A stretch of DNA of 54,908 nt from a virus. Taxonomy: Duplodnaviria > Caudoviricetes. Positions 45,593 through 54,265 of this stretch are shown piece by piece. The stretch is from IMG/VR virus record IMGVR_UViG_3300021197_001056, positions 1-54,908 of that record. The stretch is one strand, 5' to 3'. The notes under the pieces were generated by a model that made no database searches, was not told the DNA's origin, and saw only the letters and a program-made list of their open reading frames with translations. Within the stretch, counting starts at the first letter, position 1. Each line of letters opens with the position of its first letter. A program made the translations under genes and the position numbers.

Positions 45593-47554
45593 ATGAAGTG
45601 GATAGGTCAACATATATGGGATTTTATATCTAGGTTTCGTCAAGAAGTTTATTTAGAGGAAGTCAATAACCCAGGCACTGACACTGATAAGTTTTTAGTA
45701 GTTAGCTCTAGTGATGGTAAGGTGGGTTATAGAACTGGTTCAAACGTTTTATCAGATATTGGTGCAGCATCTTCAGCTTCTGATATAACTGGTGTAACAG
45801 CTGGTGATGGTCTTACAGGTGGGGGTGCTAGCGGAGGTGTTACTTTAGCGGTGGGAGCTGGTACGGGTATTGACGTAGCTGCAGACACTATATCAGTAGA
45901 TGTCTCTGACTTTATGACTAACGGTGTTGACAATAGAATAGTTACAGCCACTGGAGCTGATGGTATGAATGCTGAAGCTAAATTTACTTTTGATGGTACA
46001 GATTTACTTTTAGATTCAACCGGTAGTTTGGGTACTTATGGTAGCAATGTTTTACATTTAAAAAATAGTAACGCTAGCATTGGTGGTCCAGGTATAAGAT
46101 TTCAAAAGATTGGTAAAACTGGAGCTGATGCAGATCTTATAGGACAAATAAACTTCCAAGCTTTAAATGACGCAGATGAGTTAACAACATTCGCTCAAGT
46201 GCAAGCTAAGATTGGTGACGCAAGCGATGGAGCAGAGACTGGTCAATTAATATTAGGTGCTAATACTACGTTGGTTGGTAACGTAACGGGTAATGCTTCA
46301 GGCTCTTCTGGGTCATGTACTGGTAATGCTGCAACATCTACTACCGCTACTAATGTTGTTGTTACTGATGATGAAAATACTAACGTTGATCATGCAATAA
46401 CATTTGTCAACGACTTGGATGGTAGTACCAGCGTAGGTCTAGAATCAGACGGTGATTTCCATTACAACCCTTCTACTGGTGGAGTAACAGCCACTTTATT
46501 CTCAGGCGCTTTAACCGGTAATGCAGATACAGCTACAAATTTAACAACAGGGGATAAAACTTTAGCTGGTATTATTACTGCAAAAGCTTACGTTGTTGAG
46601 GGTAATAGAAATATAACACCAAGTGGTAATGGAGTAGGGCTTCATCTTGATACTAATGATTACACAGATACTAGTACTTCTGCTTCAGGTACAGCTAGCC
46701 TGTTTAATTATGCAACAATTGAAAATCCTAGACTACTGGCTACAAACTCATCTGTAACAACTACAACCGCTTCTACAGTTTTTATAAAAGGAGCACCATT
46801 AGCAAGTACAAATCAAACTATTAGTAAGGCTTACGCTCTTTATGTTAATGATGGAGATGCTTATTTTGGAGCAAATATAATTGCTGGAAACAATCGTATT
46901 AAAGATGATGATGGTGTAACCTGCATAACGTTTGACTCTAGTGGTAACACTACTATAGCTAACACACTTAATGCTACATTAACAGGTAATGTAACTGGTA
47001 ATGCTTCTGGTTCATCAGGTTCTTGTACGGGTCAAGCAGCTACTGTAGCTACAATAGCAGGGCTAGCACCTAACACAGCTACAACGGCTGCTGCACAACC
47101 CAATATAACATCTCTTCATTCAAGTATTGCAATAACAAAGCAGGTTAAGGTAACTTTAAGTACAGCAGATTGCAATGCTTTACATACCACGCCAATAGAA
47201 TTAGTAGCAGCTCAAGGAGCTGATACAGTTATAGTTCCTACAGGTGGTATGATAAGAGTTGATAGAGCGTTAACACAAGGTCAATCTTCGGCAGATGTAA
47301 ACTTTCATTATGCAGATAAAGAACCTGGTACTACTGGACAGTCTTCTGTTGCTCATTATAGAAGATTTATGTATAATGAATCTGGAGATAGAGTGTTTCA
47401 TATAAGCCCAGCGTTTTTTTATCAAGAAGTATCTCAGAATTTAACTGATGACGTAAACAAAGCATTAGAGGTTTCTGTTGACTCAGCATTTACAAATAAT
47501 TGTTTTACTAGCATAGATATTTATTTAACATATAACGTATTTGATATTTCATAA
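45593..47554 (+). CDS. Tail fibre/spike-like protein
   Basis: Thr/Gly/Ala rich; ITGVTAGDGLTGGG; repeated GNVTGNASGSSGSCTG (46277 and 46985). Confidence 0.7.
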   Translation: MKWIGQHIWDFISRFRQEVYLEEVNNPGTDTDKFLVVSSSDGKVGYRTGSNVLSDIGAASSASDITGVTAGDGLTGGGASGGVTLAVGAGTGIDVAADTISVDVSDFMTNGVDNRIVTATGADGMNAEAKFTFDGTDLLLDSTGSLGTYGSNVLHLKNSNASIGGPGIRFQKIGKTGADADLIGQINFQALNDADELTTFAQVQAKIGDASDGAETGQLILGANTTLVGNVTGNASGSSGSCTGNAATSTTATNVVVTDDENTNVDHAITFVNDLDGSTSVGLESDGDFHYNPSTGGVTATLFSGALTGNADTATNLTTGDKTLAGIITAKAYVVEGNRNITPSGNGVGLHLDTNDYTDTSTSASGTASLFNYATIENPRLLATNSSVTTTTASTVFIKGAPLASTNQTISKAYALYVNDGDAYFGANIIAGNNRIKDDDGVTCITFDSSGNTTIANTLNATLTGNVTGNASGSSGSCTGQAATVATIAGLAPNTATTAAAQPNITSLHSSIAITKQVKVTLSTADCNALHTTPIELVAAQGADTVIVPTGGMIRVDRALTQGQSSADVNFHYADKEPGTTGQSSVAHYRRFMYNESGDRVFHISPAFFYQEVSQNLTDDVNKALEVSVDSAFTNNCFTSIDIYLTYNVFDIS

Positions 47555-47556
47555 TT

Positions 47557-47883
47557 ATGGCATTAGCAAATAAAAAACACGAAAGATTTTTTTCAACTAA
47601 AGGTTCTGACGCAGATAAAGTATCTACTTCTAAACTAGCCGAAGTAAAAGACTTATGGGATAAAGATGTGGCTAATGGAGGTAATTTAAACGTATTAAAT
47701 GATCCAAACTTAGGACCTTTACTATATCAAATGCAACAAATGCAAGATGAGTTAGATGAGCTTAGGAGATACATAACAAGTAGCGAAATAGCTCCAGCAA
47801 TAGATGCTTCAGCTTTACCAACATCGGCCCCTAGAACTAGTGGGTTATTATATAATAGTAAAGGAACAGTAAAAGTATCTTAG
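47557..47883 (+). CDS. Hypothetical protein (short coiled coil plus fibre-like tip)
   Basis: LPTSAPRTSGLLYNSKGTVKVS C-terminal motif, common in trimeric fibre proteins. Confidence 0.55.
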   Translation: MALANKKHERFFSTKGSDADKVSTSKLAEVKDLWDKDVANGGNLNVLNDPNLGPLLYQMQQMQDELDELRRYITSSEIAPAIDASALPTSAPRTSGLLYNSKGTVKVS

Positions 47884-47884
47884 C

Positions 47885-48247
47885 ATGAGTAAATTTACAA
47901 ATATTTCAACCGCTACCACAACAACAATACTACAAGCTAGCGATCATGCTTTAAGTAGTGCTAACAGTTTAGTGGGTTCAAAGTTCTTTAGTGTAAATAA
48001 AATATCAATAACTAACTATAGCCAGAGAGATGCTAAGGTAGTTTTATATCAACATGGTCAAACTGTTAATAGCGTTACATATGATGATTATTACATTATA
48101 GGTGATGCAAACTTGGACATTGGTATAAAAATACCGGGTGGAGTTACTTTAGTTTTAGACGACCCTTTTACTATAAATTTAATTACTCATATATTAAAAA
48201 TAACAAATTCAGGAACCGATCCTGCTTTAACAATAAGAATAGATTAA
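47885..48247 (+). CDS. Hypothetical beta-rich protein
   Basis: 120-aa ORF coupled to the endolysin (TAATG). Confidence 0.55.
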   Translation: MSKFTNISTATTTTILQASDHALSSANSLVGSKFFSVNKISITNYSQRDAKVVLYQHGQTVNSVTYDDYYIIGDANLDIGIKIPGGVTLVLDDPFTINLITHILKITNSGTDPALTIRID

Positions 48248-48705
48248 TGAGACTAAGCAAAAATTTTACGTTATCAGAAATAACAAAAAGTAACACAGCT
48301 AAAAGACTAGGTATAAATAATGCGCCGGATAAAGAACACCTTAAAAATATGCAAATTCTTATTAGAGATCTTATACAGCCTATGCGTGACGATCTTGGTC
48401 CTATCAGGATTACTAGTGGTTACCGTAACCCAACACTCAATCGCACCATTGGTGGATCTACTAAAAGCCAACACTGTAAAGGTCAGGCAGTGGATATACA
48501 ATTCTGGGAGAAGGGTGAAATGTGTAATAAAAAAATCTATGACTGGGTTCTCAAACAAGGGATAGAGTTTGATCAAATGATCAACGAATTTGATTTTGCT
48601 TGGATACATATATCACTTAGACCAGATGATAAAAACCGTAAGGTAGTTTTAGAGGCATACAAAGATAATGACGGAGATACAGCTTACAAGGTAGCTGACG
48701 TTTAA
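48247..48705 (+). CDS. Endolysin, peptidase M15 (Zn D-Ala-D-Ala peptidase fold)
   Basis: LSKNFTLSE, ITSGYR, SQHCKGQAVDI, WIHIS zinc ligands. Confidence 0.88.
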   Translation: MRLSKNFTLSEITKSNTAKRLGINNAPDKEHLKNMQILIRDLIQPMRDDLGPIRITSGYRNPTLNRTIGGSTKSQHCKGQAVDIQFWEKGEMCNKKIYDWVLKQGIEFDQMINEFDFAWIHISLRPDDKNRKVVLEAYKDNDGDTAYKVADV

Positions 48706-48720
48706 TTTTATACTATTATA

Positions 48721-49377
48721 TTGGAGAATAAAAATAAAAAACCACCGAAAGGTAATATCAAGTTTAATATAACTTTATCTGAAGAACAAAAGAGAGCTAA
48801 GGAAAACATAATTAATCATGCTTATAGTTTCGTTGTTGGTAAAGCTGGTAGTGGTAAAACACTATTAGCAGTTCAGATAGGTTTAGATATGTACTTTAAA
48901 AGACAGTACAACAAAATTGTTATTACTAGACCAACTGTTTCAACAGAAGATAATGGATTCTTACCTGGTACAGAAAAAGAAAAGCTAGAGCCTTGGCTTG
49001 TGCCTATTATGTCAAACATGAGAAAGGTTTATAATAAACCTGAAAAAATAAAAACCATGGTAGACAGCGAAGATATAGAGTTAGTATCACTAACTCACTT
49101 TAGAGGTAGAACATTTGACAGCTCCGTGGTTATAGTAGATGAATTTCAGAATCTTACTAAAGCACAATTACGCATGGCATTAGGTAGATTAGGTAAAAAC
49201 TCTGTAATGATATTCTGTGGGGATAACCAACAAGTGGACCTCAAAGATTCATTTAATTCTGCTATAGACGATATAGCTAAAATGGAACAAAGTAAGCATG
49301 TATGTAAGATTGTTTTAGAAGACAATCATAGACATAAAGCGATAGATGAAGTATTAAAATTATTAACTGGCTACTAA
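48721..49377 (+). CDS. phoH: PhoH-family ATPase
   Basis: GKAGSGKT, ITRP, GFLPG, RGRTF, VDEFQN, RLG, GDNQQVD; TTG start. Confidence 0.92.
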   Translation: MENKNKKPPKGNIKFNITLSEEQKRAKENIINHAYSFVVGKAGSGKTLLAVQIGLDMYFKRQYNKIVITRPTVSTEDNGFLPGTEKEKLEPWLVPIMSNMRKVYNKPEKIKTMVDSEDIELVSLTHFRGRTFDSSVVIVDEFQNLTKAQLRMALGRLGKNSVMIFCGDNQQVDLKDSFNSAIDDIAKMEQSKHVCKIVLEDNHRHKAIDEVLKLLTGY

Positions 49378-49387
49378 ATAAATAAAC

Positions 49388-49759
49388 ATGGCAAATTTAA
49401 CACCTAGACTTACATTAACAGGTACAGCAGCAAGCTTCGGTTCTGCAGTAAACTTATCGGTAGACGATCTACTGGTCGTAGGAGCACCGTTTTCAGGTGT
49501 TTCTAGAATTTCAATAGCAACTAGCATACAAGATATATCTAGTGACTTAACAACATCTCAAGCGGCACACACTTTTGTGTACTTAAAGAACACGGATGGC
49601 ACTAACATTATAACAATATCAACTGGTGGTTCTGTTGGGTTTGCTACGTTGAATCCAGGAGAGTTTATGTTCTTACCATTAAAAGGTACAGTAGGTTTAA
49701 AAGCTACAGCTAACACGGCTCCTTGCATTTTAGAATACGCATACTTTACTAGATCATAA
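49388..49759 (+). CDS. Small beta-rich hypothetical (likely structural) protein
   Basis: FVYLKNTD...TLNPGEFMFLP motif. Confidence 0.55.
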   Translation: MANLTPRLTLTGTAASFGSAVNLSVDDLLVVGAPFSGVSRISIATSIQDISSDLTTSQAAHTFVYLKNTDGTNIITISTGGSVGFATLNPGEFMFLPLKGTVGLKATANTAPCILEYAYFTRS

Positions 49760-49804
49760 TAAAAAAAAAGGGGATAACTATTTAGCTATCCCCTTTATTT
49801 TTTT
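49758..49804. terminator. Bidirectional intrinsic terminator between convergent gene arms
   Basis: A9-GGGGATA...TATCCCC-TTTATTTTTTT; T tracts on both strands. Confidence 0.88.
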
Positions 49805-49815
49805 ATACGTATTGG

Positions 49816-51681
49816 TTATGCTATTTCACAAGCATTACCAACACAAGCTAACTGATCTTTCAGATCGGTGTTATCATCAAGCTCTACAACTTTAGATAAA
49901 TCTATTTGGTGTAGGGCTTTTACCATTTCCTCATATTTCTCTTTCGTTATATCTTCAAAAGGTGCTTGAGTGTAAGTACCGCCATCATAAGGCAAAACAG
50001 ATAAACCGTTGTAGTTGTTTCTATTTGCCCACATCCATTCGCCAGCCTTTCCCCAGTCAGTATCTTTCAACGACACGGTTGCAGAAACATTATGAGTATT
50101 ACTACCGTGCCTGTGACCTTCTCTCACCCATTCAGTTGCTACTTTCTTTACACGCTCAAGTAAGTCCATAGCAGACTCAGTTCTAATAATAGAGCCTTCA
50201 GGTGCTTTTTGAGGTATACTAATAATAGCTGTATCATGAGGTCTAAAGTAATCATCCTCTAATATCTCAGGATGGCTATTATTTAGATACGAATATATAG
50301 CCTCGTTTTTCCCTACGCGCAGTCTACGGACATAATAATCATTATGCCATGCATGAATACCCGATGACGTTCCGAGGACCAGAGATGTCGTCCCTGCAGG
50401 TTTTACAGTTGTGCATCGCGCTGATTTATTTATACCTATTATCTTGGCTACCCTTGCGTTTTCTGCTTTGACTATATTTGCACCTTCCTTCATATCCATT
50501 TGGAGCACAGCGGCACTCCCTATCCCTGTCATTGACACACCTATAAGAGCGTCTCTTTCTGTTGTCTCTTTCCATACTTCTCTTAAATAATGAAAGTCAG
50601 TGTAACCGGCTTGTAACGTACCAATAAAGGCAGCGGCACACACTCGTGAATTAAAATCTTCTTGTGACTCAACGTCCGACACGTTAACTTCACATAGATT
50701 ACAAAACTGAAAAGGTCGTAGTGCTATTTCGCAGCAAGGGTTAGTACCCCAAGATTTATCGTTGTTAAGGTATATACCAGGTTCACCACAGCCTGATAGC
50801 TCTACACGTTTCCATAGATCAAAGAAAAACTCTTCAGTTATTTTATGTCTCATTAATACAGCAGAGTTATTAGCTCTACCTCGTTGAGGGTTTGTTTCCC
50901 ACCAGTCGCCAGACTTACAAGCTATCATCTCTTCATCATCAGCAGAGAATAAAGATATAAGAGCTGCTCTACGTATACCGCCAGCTAGTACAGCATCGGC
51001 AATGTGACACACAACGTCATGAGCCTGTATTGAGGTTAGCTTAGTACCTTCGTCACAAGCATCAAGTATACCTTGAACCTTGGTTAAGCACTCTTTTAAT
51101 GGTTGTGGACCAGGCGCTTTACCACCAGATGTCACAAGTCTTGCACCTTTAGGTCGTATGTCAGAGTAATCAAACTCTATTTTAGATGATCGCTTATCAC
51201 CCATATAAGACTTAGCTAGTACTTTTACTGCATCGGCCCAACCTTCAATTGAATCACCAATAACAAAACGTCTAGTACGTTTTACGTGCGGTTTTATAAT
51301 GTCAGGTAGTTGTTTGATATTGTGTTTCTGTACTGAATAACCTACACCACAACCTGATAATAATAAGAACATTGTTTCAGAGAAACTATCGATATGATCG
51401 ATCGGTAAGAACGAACAGTTATATAGTCTATTTGGTGATATTTCAATTGGCTTACCACCGAATTGTAGACTACGCATTGAAGGTAAAACCTTTTTAGCAT
51501 AAACAAATTCGTAGTTTGTTTTTATTTCATCTTCTAGTTTAGGGTACTTCTTGATGTGCATATTCATGTTACGCGTTACAAGCTCTTCCCAAGTTTCCCT
51601 TCTGTTTAGCTCTGGGATATACTTAGCATATTTCATGTGTACTGTAATGTCGGATAGTATATCCTTACTCGTGTGTGTCAT
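49816..51681 (-). CDS. nrdJ: Class II (adenosylcobalamin-dependent) ribonucleotide reductase, monomeric RTPR-like
   Basis: LYNCSF, GGIRRAALI, GEPG, GTNPCCEI, FCNL, VKPAGTTS and C-terminal CVGNAC redox pair; no beta-subunit gene nearby. Confidence 0.9.
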   Translation of the reverse strand: MTHTSKDILSDITVHMKYAKYIPELNRRETWEELVTRNMNMHIKKYPKLEDEIKTNYEFVYAKKVLPSMRSLQFGGKPIEISPNRLYNCSFLPIDHIDSFSETMFLLLSGCGVGYSVQKHNIKQLPDIIKPHVKRTRRFVIGDSIEGWADAVKVLAKSYMGDKRSSKIEFDYSDIRPKGARLVTSGGKAPGPQPLKECLTKVQGILDACDEGTKLTSIQAHDVVCHIADAVLAGGIRRAALISLFSADDEEMIACKSGDWWETNPQRGRANNSAVLMRHKITEEFFFDLWKRVELSGCGEPGIYLNNDKSWGTNPCCEIALRPFQFCNLCEVNVSDVESQEDFNSRVCAAAFIGTLQAGYTDFHYLREVWKETTERDALIGVSMTGIGSAAVLQMDMKEGANIVKAENARVAKIIGINKSARCTTVKPAGTTSLVLGTSSGIHAWHNDYYVRRLRVGKNEAIYSYLNNSHPEILEDDYFRPHDTAIISIPQKAPEGSIIRTESAMDLLERVKKVATEWVREGHRHGSNTHNVSATVSLKDTDWGKAGEWMWANRNNYNGLSVLPYDGGTYTQAPFEDITKEKYEEMVKALHQIDLSKVVELDDNTDLKDQLACVGNACEIA

Positions 51682-51823
51682 CGATTTCTCTTTCTATTGT
51701 TAAACATATATCTATAAACGGTAAATATAAAACGTGATTTTCTATAGTTTTCTCTATATAGGATCTAAACCCAAGTAGTACACCTGGATATAATCCTAAA
51801 CTTATTTCCCAACCTGTTATCAT
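51665..51823 (-). CDS. Small hypothetical protein (52 aa, absent from ORF track)
   Basis: MITGWEISLGLYPGVLLGFRSYIEKTIENHVLYLPFIDICLTIEREIDDTHE*; ATGA overlap with the upstream endonuclease. Confidence 0.7.
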   Translation of the reverse strand: MITGWEISLGLYPGVLLGFRSYIEKTIENHVLYLPFIDICLTIEREIDDTHE

Positions 51824-52281
51824 TTATTTCTTTTTTCTAAAATTATTTGAATTACTTTATCACACTCTTTTTGATTTTGAGGCTTATATAAGGTTACATT
51901 AGGAAATTGATTCATAACTAATCTCTTGAATAATTTCCACCGCATAGGAAAACTTTCGTTTGCTCTACCCTTTGTTTCTATTATAAAATCTGTACCAATA
52001 AAATCAGGAGTGTATTTAATAGGTAGTATACGCTTACAACCTCTGTTGACTAATTCACCCTTTCCGTTAGATTGTCTTTCGTACACTTCGTTTTCAAAAT
52101 AAAAACCATCTAGTAAAACAAAAGTCTCTCCTTCGTACTTAACTTTAACATTAGCCTCTTTAAGAGCTTTATACATATACTTCTCAAGCCCGGAGGCGAA
52201 GGTGATCCCATCATAGGTCACCTTCTTTGATCTCACCGGACCTCTGTGTTTAGTTTTCCGACGTGTTGTCATAAGTATCAT
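51820..52281 (-). CDS. PD-(D/E)xK endonuclease, T7 endonuclease I-like
   Basis: FASGLE, KYEGE, YTPDF, IIETKG motifs. Confidence 0.8.
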   Translation of the reverse strand: MILMTTRRKTKHRGPVRSKKVTYDGITFASGLEKYMYKALKEANVKVKYEGETFVLLDGFYFENEVYERQSNGKGELVNRGCKRILPIKYTPDFIGTDFIIETKGRANESFPMRWKLFKRLVMNQFPNVTLYKPQNQKECDKVIQIILEKRNK

Positions 52282-52567
52282 CGTATTTAATGTTATCTAC
52301 ACGTTGCATCTGATCTTGCATTTGTTCACGTGCAGCTTGAATATACAAGATTGCATCCATTAATTCCTCTTGTACATCGTTTAGATAACCTAACAAGTCT
52401 TTATGACCGCCAGTACGTTCGTCGTGTAGTGTACGACCATACTTTTCATAACCTACGTCTGATCTACGTAAAAACTTGTCACAAACATTTTCTACTACAG
52501 GGTCTCTAAACTTCATTGTTCTAGTTGTTTTACCACTCATTGAATCCATAATTTCTCTACTGCTCAT
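52250..52567 (-). CDS. Small all-alpha NTP-pyrophosphatase-like protein
   Basis: RSDVGYEKYGRTL...QEELMDAILY (ExxD helix of the MazG-like fold). Confidence 0.5.
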   Translation of the reverse strand: MSSREIMDSMSGKTTRTMKFRDPVVENVCDKFLRRSDVGYEKYGRTLHDERTGGHKDLLGYLNDVQEELMDAILYIQAAREQMQDQMQRVDNIKYDDTYDNTSEN

Positions 52568-53368
52568 TTATAATGTGTTTTTTACAAAAGTTCCATTCAT
52601 CATTTTACCTGTACGTTTTGATATAGTTTCATAAGCGTTTTCTATACAGTCTTCTATATCTAACTTTTCTAGTTTAGCTAGATTAGTTAATACAACAACC
52701 ATATCGCCAATTGCATCTATAATCTCTGGTTTATCATTCTTAAGTAATGCCTCAGCTAATTCACCAGCTTCTTCCATTAATTTAACGTATTGAGTTTTAG
52801 AATCACCGTGATCATATATACCACGTTCGTATGCCCAACGTCTAATCTTCGTAAACATAGCACTATTTGATAATTGCTTGTCTATATTTTCCTCAGTTAT
52901 ACCGCTAAAGCGTGTACTAGCTGATTTAAAGTTAGACATTGCTTTGTTGTATACATAACAACGATCTTCATTAAACTGAGATGTAACAGCATGCTTCATT
53001 ATCCAGTTTACTAAATCATTATCCAACTCGTGGCGAGTAAAGCCAGTTTGTATAATCATACCTATGTTATCCATAAGTCGACCTTTTAACTTATTTAAAG
53101 GTACTGGAAATGTTGTAGTCTGCTCTGTTATATTTATTCTCATATGATCTTTATTAGGGTTTAATTGTTTATAAAGGGTTTCGTCTACACGATAACCGTG
53201 ACTTCTCTGTAATTCAATCTCACGATGCGATATATAATCTATATCGTCAGATTCTTCTAGTATTTCATATTCACTAGGACCATAACCCTGCTGAGTTTCT
53301 ACCCTATGCTTAGGATCGAGGGTTACACCGATCTTTTTACCGGGTATGTGGTATAATTTATACTTCAT
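52568..53368 (-). CDS. MazG-like nucleotide pyrophosphohydrolase with N-terminal GIY-YIG-like domain
   Basis: C-terminal KLMEEAGELAEA...DAIGD...AYETISKRTG; N-terminal YKLYHIPGKKIGVT...R...REIELQ. Confidence 0.75.
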   Translation of the reverse strand: MKYKLYHIPGKKIGVTLDPKHRVETQQGYGPSEYEILEESDDIDYISHREIELQRSHGYRVDETLYKQLNPNKDHMRINITEQTTTFPVPLNKLKGRLMDNIGMIIQTGFTRHELDNDLVNWIMKHAVTSQFNEDRCYVYNKAMSNFKSASTRFSGITEENIDKQLSNSAMFTKIRRWAYERGIYDHGDSKTQYVKLMEEAGELAEALLKNDKPEIIDAIGDMVVVLTNLAKLEKLDIEDCIENAYETISKRTGKMMNGTFVKNTL

Positions 53369-54006
53369 ATTTTATCGTTATATAAGTGCATGTTGTGTGC
53401 GTGGTGATAATACCAACCAATCTCAATACCTAGCATTGATGCCACTAACTCTTGTAGCAACGAAAACTGGTATTGATCATTGCAAAAACCATACCATAGA
53501 TCGTTAGATCGCATATACACTGACATACATAGTAAGCCATCAATTATAGTAAACTGTACCGCATAAGTACAAGGTGTATCATGCTCATACATATGCATTT
53601 CTTTACCGTCGTATATACTTATAGCGGCTTGCCTTGTGTCTTTTTCATCGCGAAGTATGTTTATGACTTTAGCTAGTTGATCTTCACGCATCCATTGCCA
53701 ACCGTAGTTAGAGTTTACGCAACCATCTTCATTAGCCATACGTTTCCATATTTCAGGTATCTTACCGTATATTTCACCTAGTTTTTCAATACTGCGATCG
53801 CCAGACAAATACCATTGCCATTCAGCTTCAGCATAATCAAAACTCCATTTACGCTCTGGGTTTGTTATCTGCCTTAAAGACGGGTTTTCTAAATAAAACC
53901 CTACGTTGAAGAGGGCTTTAGTATCACCAAATGGTATGCCATGTTGTAGTATACGATCATGGAGGTATTCGTAAGCTTCATCTGCATGTTCAAATCTATT
54001 TCTCAT
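53365..54006 (-). CDS. Thymidylate-synthase-fold enzyme, most like dCMP hydroxymethylase (T4 gp42 type)
   Basis: EWQWY, IW...NSNYGW, TRQA, PCTYAVQF, MRSNDLWYGFCND with Asp at the base-specificity position; ATG 54006 preferred over track start 54045. Confidence 0.75.
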   Translation of the reverse strand: MRNRFEHADEAYEYLHDRILQHGIPFGDTKALFNVGFYLENPSLRQITNPERKWSFDYAEAEWQWYLSGDRSIEKLGEIYGKIPEIWKRMANEDGCVNSNYGWQWMREDQLAKVINILRDEKDTRQAAISIYDGKEMHMYEHDTPCTYAVQFTIIDGLLCMSVYMRSNDLWYGFCNDQYQFSLLQELVASMLGIEIGWYYHHAHNMHLYNDKI

Positions 54007-54265
54007 TATTTTTGTTCTTATCATAGTAATATTTACAGTACTCATACATTTTAGTTAATGCCTCAACACCTTCATAAGTATTAGGGTCTACCGTAACTTT
54101 TTCATTCATAGTTATTTCAACTAACCATTTACCAGAATTACTCCAGTCAGGTAATACACATATACCTATACTATTATTTACACACCAAGCCCAAGCGTTG
54201 TATTGCTCTTTACTTGGATGTAGATACGGTGCTTTGCGGGAGGGTGCTTTCTTCTTCTTAAACAT
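53996..54265 (-). CDS. Hypothetical protein
   Basis: ORF track 53996..54277; ATG 54265 overlaps the helicase stop (TAATG). Confidence 0.6.
   Translation of the reverse strand: MFKKKKAPSRKAPYLHPSKEQYNAWAWCVNNSIGICVLPDWSNSGKWLVEITMNEKVTVDPNTYEGVEALTKMYEYCKYYYDKNKNNEK

Noticed and set aside
143-50171. Short antisense or nested ORFs in the track (e.g. 143..385, 939..1196, 7554..7952, 18319..18759, 48307..48609, 49962..50171)
   Set aside because: They lie wholly or almost wholly within well-supported genes and read as shadow frames with no motifs.
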